DNA of 64,000 nucleotides from an uncultured Cellulomonas sp. (GTDB lineage: Bacteria; Actinomycetota; Actinomycetes; Actinomycetales; Cellulomonadaceae). Position numbers and translations under genes: made by a program. The stretch is from positions 10,155-74,154 of the forward strand of contig CAZFTZ010000071.1 of assembly GCA_964521875.1 (NCBI GenBank), in the 5' to 3' direction. Position 1 is the stretch's first letter; every line of letters starts with the position of its first letter. Of this stretch, positions 27,514-36,288 are shown in pieces. The notes under the pieces were generated by a model that saw only the letters and a program-made list of their open reading frames with translations, was not told the origin of the DNA and made no database searches.

Positions 27514-28596
27514 TCAGGGACGCAGTGCGCTCTTGTCGAGCGTCGCGAGACCGACGCCGGTCGAGCCGAAGGAATTCCCGGTGTAGAACATCCAGAGCTC
27601 CTGGCCCATATCGATGACGCAAGGATAGGACTGGTTCTCGGAGTCGAAACCACCCGGCGTGAGCGGCAGGATCTCCCGGTCGAAGTAGCGCTTCCAGTGA
27701 ATACCATCGGTGCTGCGCGCGTAGCCGAGCCGGTAGCCCTTGCTTTTCATGTCGAAGATGCTGAACCACATGTGATACACGCCGTCGATGAGCAGCACGC
27801 TCGGCTTGGAGACCACAGCCTCGAATTCCGGGACCGCATCGAGACGCGCACGCAGCGCAGGCTCCGGGAGCTTCCGCCAGTTGACGCCATCGCTCGAGCG
27901 AGCCATGCCGATGTGCACGATGCCCCGATAGACGTCGCCCACCATCTGATAGCGCTCACCCGCCGTGTACCACATCATGTAGCTCGAAGGGCCGGTACGC
28001 ATGACGTCGACGGATCCAGTGAGGCCGGCGTCGTAACTGCCGGGCTTGCCCAGCGGCAGGACGGTCTCCTTCAAGACCTCCCACGTGATGCCTTGGTCCT
28101 TGCTGATGGCAAGTCCGGTGCGATTGGAGAGGTCCTTGGGTGGCGCCCATGTACCCCAGGCGCCGTAGTACATGAGCCATGGGCCGTCATCGCGCTTCAC
28201 GACCCAGGGGAACGAGGGGCCGCGGTCGCGAATGTTCCCCGAAGTGGCGGGCCCGAGCATCGGCTCGCGCTTCACCAATTCCCAGTGATAGGGATCGGTC
28301 GGCGAGGCCTCGGCAGCGAAGATGTAGTGGAACGGTTCGGCATTCGCCGGCGCGTCCGCGTCAGGGTGACCCATGGTCCAGAAGTACATGCGCAGCCGGC
28401 CATCCTCGAGCTTGACGACCGAAGGCGACGATAGCCGGCTCACCGAGCGCGGTCCCGCGAAGCCGGGCTTCAGGAGCACACCGCGTTTCACCCAGGGCTG
28501 GAACCGTTCCTCTGCCCCGGCCGCATGTGCAGTTGCCGAACCGATCGCCGCGATCAGGATCAGGGCGCCACTTAGAAGTGCGGCTCTCGAAGTCAT
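27514..28596 (-). CDS. Secreted five-bladed beta-propeller glycosidase-like protein
   Basis: Signal peptide (AHA); blade repeats with WLMYY, MMWY and LWMFY, and GLA.S.DG..W. Confidence 0.8.
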   Translation of the reverse strand: MTSRAALLSGALILIAAIGSATAHAAGAEERFQPWVKRGVLLKPGFAGPRSVSRLSSPSVVKLEDGRLRMYFWTMGHPDADAPANAEPFHYIFAAEASPTDPYHWELVKREPMLGPATSGNIRDRGPSFPWVVKRDDGPWLMYYGAWGTWAPPKDLSNRTGLAISKDQGITWEVLKETVLPLGKPGSYDAGLTGSVDVMRTGPSSYMMWYTAGERYQMVGDVYRGIVHIGMARSSDGVNWRKLPEPALRARLDAVPEFEAVVSKPSVLLIDGVYHMWFSIFDMKSKGYRLGYARSTDGIHWKRYFDREILPLTPGGFDSENQSYPCVIDMGQELWMFYTGNSFGSTGVGLATLDKSALRP

Positions 28597-28627
28597 GCCC
28601 GCCTCCGGCTTGTAATTTGCCAGCTAC

Positions 28628-28639
28628 TGTAACGTTACA
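28628..28639. promoter_or_regulatory. LacI-type operator TGTAACGTTACA (perfect)
   Basis: In a 62-bp gap, ~32 bp upstream of the propeller gene. Confidence 0.85.
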
Positions 28640-28658
28640 TTTCGCAAACGGCAACCGC

Positions 28659-29903
28659 TCACGCGATGGTCGGAATCTTCAGCCGTTCACCGCCACGGCG
28701 CGCCGACTGACCGGCGACCAGGCCCGGAACTGTGAGCGCGAGCGCTTCGTGCAGCCCAATGGCGGGTGCACGGCCCTGCACCAGGCTCGCGATGAATTCG
28801 TGGCATAGGTATGGATGCGAACCTCCATGTCCCGACGGAATGCGCAAGGCCTCGGGAAGCCGCACGCGATAGTCCGGTAAGTCGATCCCCGCGGCGCCCT
28901 CGCCCTCCTGGCCGTGAAAGGGCTGCGAGCTCGTATGGTTTGGCATGTAGAGACTGAGCTTGGTGCCGAACCACTGGGCGCGCTCGCCGTGATTCGTGCC
29001 GGTCCAGATCACGTTCGCCCGGCACACGTTGCCTGCACTCGTGGAGAACAGACCCATCATCGCGTTGTAGGGATTGTCGTATGCATTCGCACCTTTCCCG
29101 TAGCCTTTTATCTTCGGCTGCAGAATGCCGAGGCACGACACGTCTGTGAGGGTTTCGCCCGTCGTACCGGTCAGAAATGCGGTCGCGTGGGTTGGATAAC
29201 GCATCGGCTCCATGCCGTAGCGCCAGGTGCGCTTGCCGTTGGCGTACCACTGTGCCTCGCGATCTTTGTCGGTGATCGGGTGGTTGTATTCGACTTCGGT
29301 GTAGAACAGCTCGCCGAATGCGCCTGCCTTGTAAAGCTCGCGTGCGGCGATGGACTCGGGCTGAAACCAGCTCGTTTCGGCCATCATGTAAGTCAAGCCG
29401 TACTTCTTCACGATGTCTCGCAGCTGCTCGGCTTGCTCGAGGCTCGTGCAAGCCGGAACCGCGCTGACGACATGCTTGCCCGCCTTCATCGCCAGTTCAG
29501 TGTGTTGGACGTGCACAGGCGCGCCTGTGAAAACGGCGACGGCGTCGACCGACTTGTCCTTGACCAGCTCTTCGAGGGAAGGATACGAGGTCTTACAGCG
29601 ATAGACCTCCATCAACTTCTTGCGCCGCTCCGGGCGGTGATCGCTCACGGCTTGCACCACGCAATTCGGATCGAGATGCCAGAAGAACGCCGCACCGAAT
29701 CCGCCGCCCACGACGCCCAAGCGGATCTTCTTACCGGGATCGAGCGGCGTGTGAATCGGGCCAGGCTGCAGAATCTTGTTGAGCTGCTGCGCCGAAAGCA
29801 TCGCGGGCAACATTGCTCCCGTCATGAGTGCCGATGATTGTCCGAGGAACAGACGGCGCGAAATGCTGTGCGGATTTTCTGGAGCGGGCTTCGCTGGATC
29901 CAT
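28659..29903 (-). CDS. Gfo/Idh/MocA family oxidoreductase with Tat signal
   Basis: ISRRLFLG; IRLGVVGGGFG; DAVAVFT...H; AGKHVVSAVP; YPTH; GHGGSH. Confidence 0.9.
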   Translation of the reverse strand: MDPAKPAPENPHSISRRLFLGQSSALMTGAMLPAMLSAQQLNKILQPGPIHTPLDPGKKIRLGVVGGGFGAAFFWHLDPNCVVQAVSDHRPERRKKLMEVYRCKTSYPSLEELVKDKSVDAVAVFTGAPVHVQHTELAMKAGKHVVSAVPACTSLEQAEQLRDIVKKYGLTYMMAETSWFQPESIAARELYKAGAFGELFYTEVEYNHPITDKDREAQWYANGKRTWRYGMEPMRYPTHATAFLTGTTGETLTDVSCLGILQPKIKGYGKGANAYDNPYNAMMGLFSTSAGNVCRANVIWTGTNHGERAQWFGTKLSLYMPNHTSSQPFHGQEGEGAAGIDLPDYRVRLPEALRIPSGHGGSHPYLCHEFIASLVQGRAPAIGLHEALALTVPGLVAGQSARRGGERLKIPTIA

Positions 29904-29954
29904 ATGTCCTCTCGTTGTTCGTGTGGAGAATCGCTCGATGGAATGGCGCCACGT

Positions 29955-32690
29955 TCAGGGTGCGGCGCTGACGGGCGTGCTCCCTTGCCCACCCTCTCCC
30001 AGCCCAACTTCGAGCGCCTGTAGCATCGCCTCGGTCGGGACACCCTTGATCGTTTCGCCGCGCAGGCGGATCTCGATGATGCCGTTACGCGGTTGAATGT
30101 CGTTGAAGACGAGATCCACGGCACGCTGATCGGCCTTGCGTTCTCGCTGCGGTCTACGGGCATGCGCCGGCTTGTTGAAATCGTCGTTGTGCCCTGCCGT
30201 CGCCCAGACGTCCATTCGATCGACGACCTTCTTGTCGTTTACCAGAATCGTAATCGCACGTCGGTTTGCCTCCCGGAATTGATTCTCGGCGAACTTGAGT
30301 CGCGCGTAGTACGTGCCGGGACCAACGGTTACGTTGATCACGAACTCTGGGGCGTGAACCCCGTACCGGTAGAGCTCTTCGTCAACGGTGTCCGCCACGA
30401 ACACTGCCTGGCGCATGGTCCACCACGTGTGCGCGACGGTGTCGGTGCGTTCGCCGGTGCGTACGACGAATTCGGTGCCAGGGCGCCATGCGTTCCCCCG
30501 GGAATCGATGTAGTCGTGGCGGCCCGCGTAGCCGAAGATCATGCGCTGCGTTGCTGTTGAGCCACCACCCTCACCGAAGCCGTTGTTCCCTTCGGCGGCC
30601 GAGTACGCAATCGCATCGATCGCGACCCTTTTGCCACGAGAGAGCGGGTTGCGCTCGCTCCCAGCAACGATGCGCAGGGTGTGTTCACCCTGTTTCAAAC
30701 CGTTCCGATAATAGACAGTCTGCTGAGAGAGCTTGCGTGGGTTCCAGAAATCGATGCCCACGAGCTGCTTCTCTCCATCCAGATAGAGGTCGGCTTTGCC
30801 GCCGTCAGGGCCCACTGCTCCGATGACGCGGACCTGATTGCCCATGAAAGTGAGCTGCAGTTCGCCCGAGCCGGAGGCAGCATGCAGGCTGCCACCGTGG
30901 GCGGTTGGGTCCGACAACGCCTGCCACTTGCCACGATACTGGAGCATGCCGTCGTCGACGAGCTCCTGCGGGTCGTCGCCCTGAACAACGATCCTGGTGG
31001 CACCGTCGTGGCGTAGTGTGACGATGTAATCGCCCACGGGCAGCTTCTGCAGTGTGAAACCGTTGCTGCTCAACTCTCGGCGCTCGCTCAACGGCTGGCC
31101 GTCTGCGGTGATCGATTTCGGAGCGAAAGCGAGCCGCAGCACATCAACGGTGTCTCGCGGCGCATCGAACGTCGAGTAGTCGATGTGGCCTTTGCCGTAC
31201 GTGACCGAGTTGACGACGGAGGAGCTCCGCATGATGTGGTTCTCGCGTGCGGCGCCCATGAGCTCGGGCAACCAGGCCATCGTGCGGAGCGTCCACTTCA
31301 TTGCTGATGGGACGGCTGCGTTCGTCCAGCCATCAGCAGCAATACCGCCGCCATTGATGTTGTCTTCGACGACCCCGGTATCATGGACATCGTATGTGGC
31401 GAGGATCAGCATCCGACGGGCGAGCTCCTTCGCCCACTCATCGTTCGCTTGTACTCCGTACTGAGCGAACACCAGGGCAAACTCCATCGGGCCCCACGCG
31501 AGGGAGCTCCCGCAGCAGCTCGAGGACTCGGGGAATGCCCACGCGCCGCTGTACACTTCGCCCTGCGATTGCGGATCGGCGCTCGTGTGATTGAAGAATA
31601 GCGTGAGGATATTGCGGACGTCGGTTTTCCAGTTCGGGAAGTACTCTTTGTTATCCATCATGTAGCGCGCGGACCAGTCCGTCATGGTCTGGCCTTGCAC
31701 CGGCATTTCCCAGTCCCAGTAGCCGCGGCCCCACGTGTCGTTCACGATCCAGGCCGGCAGCAGTACGTCACGAAAGTACGCGCGCGCGGCATCGCGCGCC
31801 TCCACATACGAGTTGTTCTTGCCGTGCTCGCCAAGTCGGATGAGCTCATCGAACATTGCGAGCTGGTAGACGAGACCGGCGGTTTGGATGTTTCCCGTCG
31901 GACTCGTGCCCCAGCCGACCTTACGCGCTGTTTCGGGCGTGGTCCCAGGTGAGTCGATCGGAACGTCCACGACCTTCTCGGGATTGGCGTATCGATTCCA
32001 AGGCGGGGCACCCGGCGTGCGATTTCGTTTCTCGACGAACACGTCAGCCCAGTGTTTGACGGCATCGAGCCAGCGCTTGTTTCCAGTCACTTGATAGGCC
32101 CGCAGCAGCGCAACGCACGCCTCGCCGACGATGTCGAGCTGTATCCATCCGTCCTCGCTCGCCTGACCGTACGGCTTGCCGCGTACCGGGACGCTGATAA
32201 GGAAGCGCGGCCAGGGATGGTTGGCGCTCGTTTGAGAGAACTTCAGGAGCGTGTCCGCGACCACTTCGAGATGCGCAAGAGCTGCCGGATCACCGGTGTA
32301 GCGGTAGTAGTCCACCCACGCGAGGATGACGCGCGCGGAGCCCTGACCACGGCCCGCGTTGTACCAGTTCCCGATCTCGGGCAACGTGATCTTGCCGTCC
32401 GGTGAGATTTTCCACGTGTTGTTGAATGCGTATCCCGGCGCGATGCCTGCTGCTTTGGGCGGTCCCACCCACTCGTACCGACGAAACGTCTCGGCCGCAA
32501 TGCGCACGCGGTAGTCGAATTGTCCGTTCTGACCCTGATACCAGGGAGCGATGACGCCGTAGCGGTCCTCGACGGCCTCGTGCGCGTAATACCTTTCTTT
32601 CGTCTCAGCGCCATGCGTCGATGAGACGATCAGCAAGGCCGTCAGTGACGCCAGCGCCGCGCGGACACGGTGCGTGGTTGGTTCAGACAT
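29955..32690 (-). CDS. Large secreted multidomain protein: putative alpha/alpha-barrel, CBM-like domain and C-terminal malectin-like domain
   Basis: Signal peptide; YYRYTGD and AYQVTGNKRWL helical-hairpin motifs; FMGNQVRVIG..GPDGGKADLYLDG...GEHTLRI; ELY...PGTYYARLKFAE...ILVN...MDV.A.AG. Confidence 0.7.
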   Translation of the reverse strand: MSEPTTHRVRAALASLTALLIVSSTHGAETKERYYAHEAVEDRYGVIAPWYQGQNGQFDYRVRIAAETFRRYEWVGPPKAAGIAPGYAFNNTWKISPDGKITLPEIGNWYNAGRGQGSARVILAWVDYYRYTGDPAALAHLEVVADTLLKFSQTSANHPWPRFLISVPVRGKPYGQASEDGWIQLDIVGEACVALLRAYQVTGNKRWLDAVKHWADVFVEKRNRTPGAPPWNRYANPEKVVDVPIDSPGTTPETARKVGWGTSPTGNIQTAGLVYQLAMFDELIRLGEHGKNNSYVEARDAARAYFRDVLLPAWIVNDTWGRGYWDWEMPVQGQTMTDWSARYMMDNKEYFPNWKTDVRNILTLFFNHTSADPQSQGEVYSGAWAFPESSSCCGSSLAWGPMEFALVFAQYGVQANDEWAKELARRMLILATYDVHDTGVVEDNINGGGIAADGWTNAAVPSAMKWTLRTMAWLPELMGAARENHIMRSSSVVNSVTYGKGHIDYSTFDAPRDTVDVLRLAFAPKSITADGQPLSERRELSSNGFTLQKLPVGDYIVTLRHDGATRIVVQGDDPQELVDDGMLQYRGKWQALSDPTAHGGSLHAASGSGELQLTFMGNQVRVIGAVGPDGGKADLYLDGEKQLVGIDFWNPRKLSQQTVYYRNGLKQGEHTLRIVAGSERNPLSRGKRVAIDAIAYSAAEGNNGFGEGGGSTATQRMIFGYAGRHDYIDSRGNAWRPGTEFVVRTGERTDTVAHTWWTMRQAVFVADTVDEELYRYGVHAPEFVINVTVGPGTYYARLKFAENQFREANRRAITILVNDKKVVDRMDVWATAGHNDDFNKPAHARRPQRERKADQRAVDLVFNDIQPRNGIIEIRLRGETIKGVPTEAMLQALEVGLGEGGQGSTPVSAAP

Positions 32691-32727
32691 CAGCTCGTCC
32701 CCTCTCGATCCTGCGTGTAGTTGACCG

Positions 32728-35214
32728 TCAGAAGCGGCGGCTCAGGGTGAACCCCACCGTACGCGGCTGGTTGATCGCGACCTCTCTGAAATTCTGTTGG
32801 AAAAAGTTCGCCATCGATTCGAACATGACGATGTCGTTGAACACGTTGGAGACATAGAGCTGTGCGGACCAGGCTTCGCTGTCTGCGCCCAATCGGATAT
32901 CCGTGAGCCGATACTGCTCGGCTACGAGGAAGAGTTGCCGCGTGCGTAGCGTATTGCGGTCGCCGAAGCCATTAATGCGCTCGCCCACGTAGCGCCAGTC
33001 AGCGCGCAGCCACCCCGAGAAACCCTCGGCGACGCGGGACAGGGGAAAGTTGTATTGAACGCCGGCATTGGCGGTCCATTTCGGCACGCCGCGGATGAGG
33101 TCACCCTTCTCGAGTGGGTCGCCGACCGAATCGAACACGCCCGGCACGAACTCGCTGATCTCGGCGTTTGCGTTGGCAACGGATCCGTTGAGAGTCCAGC
33201 TTCGATTGGGTGCATACACGGCTTCGAGCTCGAAGCCGGTGATCTTCGCGCCGCCCACATTCCCTTGGATGACCTGCGAGCAGCGGGTGTCGATGGAGTT
33301 GAGAATGACGACTTGCTGCAGATCCTTCCAGTCGACGTAGTACGCGGCGCCGTTCAGCCGGAGCCGATTGTCGAGCCACGTCGTTTTGAATCCCACGTCA
33401 TACGACCAGAGCTTGTCGGAGTGATTCCCGCCGACATAGTTGTCATAGAGCCCGTAGTTCCGCATGACGGTTTCGCATTCTGGCGGGCGGATCTCGATGA
33501 TTCCGGTCTGAGGCGCTTCGCTGCCGATACGCATGCCGCTGCCCGCAGTGGCATATAGCATCTTGTCTTCGTTCAAGTGGTAGCTGAGATTGAAGCGCGG
33601 TGTTTTGCCGTCGCTTTTCAGCACACCGTAAGAGGTTCGCGGGCGGCCATCGGCGCGGAACAAGGGGTCGTCAAGGTTGTCCGCGATGCGCGTGCCGTCC
33701 GGAAGCCGGATGTCGCCGTAACCGGCGCCCGTCACGATCTTCTCCTGGTCGAAGTAGCGTACGCCTGCACCTAGCGACAGCTTCGACGTCAGGTGTAGCG
33801 TCAGATCGACGAATGCCGCTTTGTTCGTGTAGTCACCCGCACCTGTGGCGCCCGCGATGAGTCCGCCTTTGGTCATCACGCTCTCGGTGTTGGGGCCTTT
33901 GTTCAAGTTCCAGGTCGGCGCCGTCATCGCATAGCCGCCCTCCCGCACTTCGTTCTGGTGAAAGACCCCCAGCACGTAGTCGAACCGCATGTCGCCGAAG
34001 AGCGGTCTATCCTGACCTTGCAGCCGCAGCTCGTGCGTCCACTGCTTCGTGTGCGTGATGAAGGGGAACGCGACCGGGACGGGGTACGGGTCGCCGTTCA
34101 AGCGGACGTACTGGTCTGCGATCAGCTTGGTCGCATCGACCGTTTCGCTGAGATCGTTCAGATAGTGGCCGCCGATGTACTCGACGCGCCCGAATCCCAG
34201 ATCGTATCCAAGCTCGAGTGACGTGAGCTGATATTCGCTCGAATTGGGGCTCTGGGTGAAGCGGTTGATGATCAGCGGCCGCGAATCGTTGTAGTCCACG
34301 TGCCACGAATCGTCGGCGGCATCCTTCTGCCACATCGCGAAGAGCTTCGCAGAGAAGCGCTCGGTGGGCGTATACGTGAACGAGATGCGACCACCCACGC
34401 TGTCGGTCTTGTTGGAGTCTTTCTTGAAGCTGCCGTTGGAGGGCACGCGCGGGTCGATCGCACCTTTGAAGGGCACGAGCGCGCCGGTTTGATCGAGCGC
34501 TGGGAAGACATGATCGATGAAGCCGCCGTTGCTGTTCTTGAAGGCGACGCCGCGCACCGCGAGGACGTCCTCGATGAGCGGCACGTTCACGATAGCGTGC
34601 GCATCGTAGACCTGTCCGCCCTTCTTGATCATGCCGGCCCCGACGCCGAATTCGGCATCGAAGGCATCGGTGCGGGCTTCGTTCGGGATATAGCGGACCA
34701 CGCCACCCATGGCCGCGATGCCGAACAGCGTACCCTGCGGCCCTTTCAGTACCTCGATACGGTTCAAATCCACCATGCTGGTGTTCACGCTGAACACCGG
34801 AATTTCGCCGATCGTGAAAGCCGTCGTGGCATTGGCTGTGTTGTCGCCGATTCCGCCGCGCACCTGATTGGTCACACCGCGAATCACCGCGATGGGGCCG
34901 CCGCGCCGGCTATTGAGGCCCTGGCTCATCGTGATGCCCGGGACGTAAGTGGCCCAGTCACGAAAATCGCGCATCGCGAGCCTGGATAGCGAATCCTCGC
35001 CCAGGGCGGAAACGGAGAGCGGCGCGTCCTGCAGATCCTCGGCACGCTTCTGCGCCGTGATCGTGATTTCCTGCAGACCGCCTTCCTCAGCGGCCGATGC
35101 GTAGCTACTGGCTAATGCGGCCGCCACCGCGATCGAAATCGCGCACGTGCGTGCCGAATTAGTTGCGTGTTGCTGGTGATCGGCCGGGAACTGGAGCGGC
35201 GCGTTGCGCGACAT
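32728..35214 (-). CDS. TonB-dependent receptor (paralog 2 of 3)
   Basis: LQEITITAQKRAEDLQD; RIEVLKGPQGTLFG; QPRTVG...RF. Confidence 0.95.
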   Translation of the reverse strand: MSRNAPLQFPADHQQHATNSARTCAISIAVAAALASSYASAAEEGGLQEITITAQKRAEDLQDAPLSVSALGEDSLSRLAMRDFRDWATYVPGITMSQGLNSRRGGPIAVIRGVTNQVRGGIGDNTANATTAFTIGEIPVFSVNTSMVDLNRIEVLKGPQGTLFGIAAMGGVVRYIPNEARTDAFDAEFGVGAGMIKKGGQVYDAHAIVNVPLIEDVLAVRGVAFKNSNGGFIDHVFPALDQTGALVPFKGAIDPRVPSNGSFKKDSNKTDSVGGRISFTYTPTERFSAKLFAMWQKDAADDSWHVDYNDSRPLIINRFTQSPNSSEYQLTSLELGYDLGFGRVEYIGGHYLNDLSETVDATKLIADQYVRLNGDPYPVPVAFPFITHTKQWTHELRLQGQDRPLFGDMRFDYVLGVFHQNEVREGGYAMTAPTWNLNKGPNTESVMTKGGLIAGATGAGDYTNKAAFVDLTLHLTSKLSLGAGVRYFDQEKIVTGAGYGDIRLPDGTRIADNLDDPLFRADGRPRTSYGVLKSDGKTPRFNLSYHLNEDKMLYATAGSGMRIGSEAPQTGIIEIRPPECETVMRNYGLYDNYVGGNHSDKLWSYDVGFKTTWLDNRLRLNGAAYYVDWKDLQQVVILNSIDTRCSQVIQGNVGGAKITGFELEAVYAPNRSWTLNGSVANANAEISEFVPGVFDSVGDPLEKGDLIRGVPKWTANAGVQYNFPLSRVAEGFSGWLRADWRYVGERINGFGDRNTLRTRQLFLVAEQYRLTDIRLGADSEAWSAQLYVSNVFNDIVMFESMANFFQQNFREVAINQPRTVGFTLSRRF

Positions 35215-35282
35215 CGTTCGATCTCATGCAATGTACGTTCTTCTCACCGCAGGCTGCTGACGCGCTGCGGCCCCCCGAGAAC

Positions 35283-35294
35283 TGTAACGTTAAA
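35283..35294. promoter_or_regulatory. LacI-type operator TGTAACGTTAAA (1 mismatch)
   Basis: In the divergent receptor/SDR intergenic region; overlaps TAAAAT. Confidence 0.75.
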
Positions 35295-35420
35295 ATTTAG
35301 ACTAGCCGAACGTCAGTACACATGCAAGTCGCCCGCGGCGAATGGAGCGCGTCCGCGCCGCGACCACAGGGTTGTATGATGTAATCCGACTCCAATCTTG
35401 GAACGAGGCGCTTGCGAGCA

Positions 35421-36206
35421 ATGAAACTCCGAGGCAAGAAGGCGCTGGTCACCGGTGCGGCACAAGGGATCGGTCGCGCCATCGCGCTGCGGTTCGTCCA
35501 GGAAGGCGCCAGCATCGCATGCATCGACTGCGCCGCGGACGCACTCGGCGCAACCGTTCGGGATTTGCAGAGCGTCGGCCGCGAGCGCGGCGCACAGGTC
35601 ATCGCCATTACGGCCGATGTAGGGATTGCTGCGGATGTGGAACGCTCGAGCCGCAGTGCACTCGCTCAGTTACAGGGGCTCGATATCCTCGTCAACAACG
35701 CGGGAGTGAACGCGGCAGGTAGCGTGGAGGCCGTCAGTGCCGATGCTTGGAACAGGGTAATGGCGGTCAATCTCACGAGCATGTTTTTGTTCACCAAGGC
35801 GGTGTGGCCCGTCTTCTCGAAGCAGAAGCACGGCGCCATCGTGAACATGTCCTCCATCATGGGGCTCACGGGCGTTCGCGAGAGCTTCGCCTACTGTGCA
35901 AGCAAGGCAGCGATCATCGGGTTGACGAAAAGTATCGCTGCGGACGGGGCGCCGCTCGGCATTCGGGTGAATTGCATTTGCCCCGGGTTCGTTAGCACTC
36001 CCATCATGGACCAGGCTCACAGTCGGCAAATGCAAGACCGCATCAGCGTCCAGATTCCCGCGCGGCGGATGGCCGCGCCAGCGGAGATCGCGGCGGGCTG
36101 CCTCTATCTGGTCTCGGATGATGCCTCTTACGCGAGCGGCTCGGTGCTCGTGCTGGATGGCTCGGCCACGGCGGGCTTTGCGGGGTGCTATCTCGAGCAG
36201 AGCTGA
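35421..36206 (+). CDS. Classical SDR oxidoreductase
   Basis: TGAAQGIG, NNAG, YCASK, PG; acidic residue after beta2 (CID) suggests NAD. Confidence 0.93.
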   Translation: MKLRGKKALVTGAAQGIGRAIALRFVQEGASIACIDCAADALGATVRDLQSVGRERGAQVIAITADVGIAADVERSSRSALAQLQGLDILVNNAGVNAAGSVEAVSADAWNRVMAVNLTSMFLFTKAVWPVFSKQKHGAIVNMSSIMGLTGVRESFAYCASKAAIIGLTKSIAADGAPLGIRVNCICPGFVSTPIMDQAHSRQMQDRISVQIPARRMAAPAEIAAGCLYLVSDDASYASGSVLVLDGSATAGFAGCYLEQS

Positions 36207-36288
36207 GCCGGCGGTCTGCTGCTGGAGCGCGGGTGTGGACCAACGCTGGCAAGCCGAAGGCAAGCGTGCTGGTTGAGCACAAGCTCGG

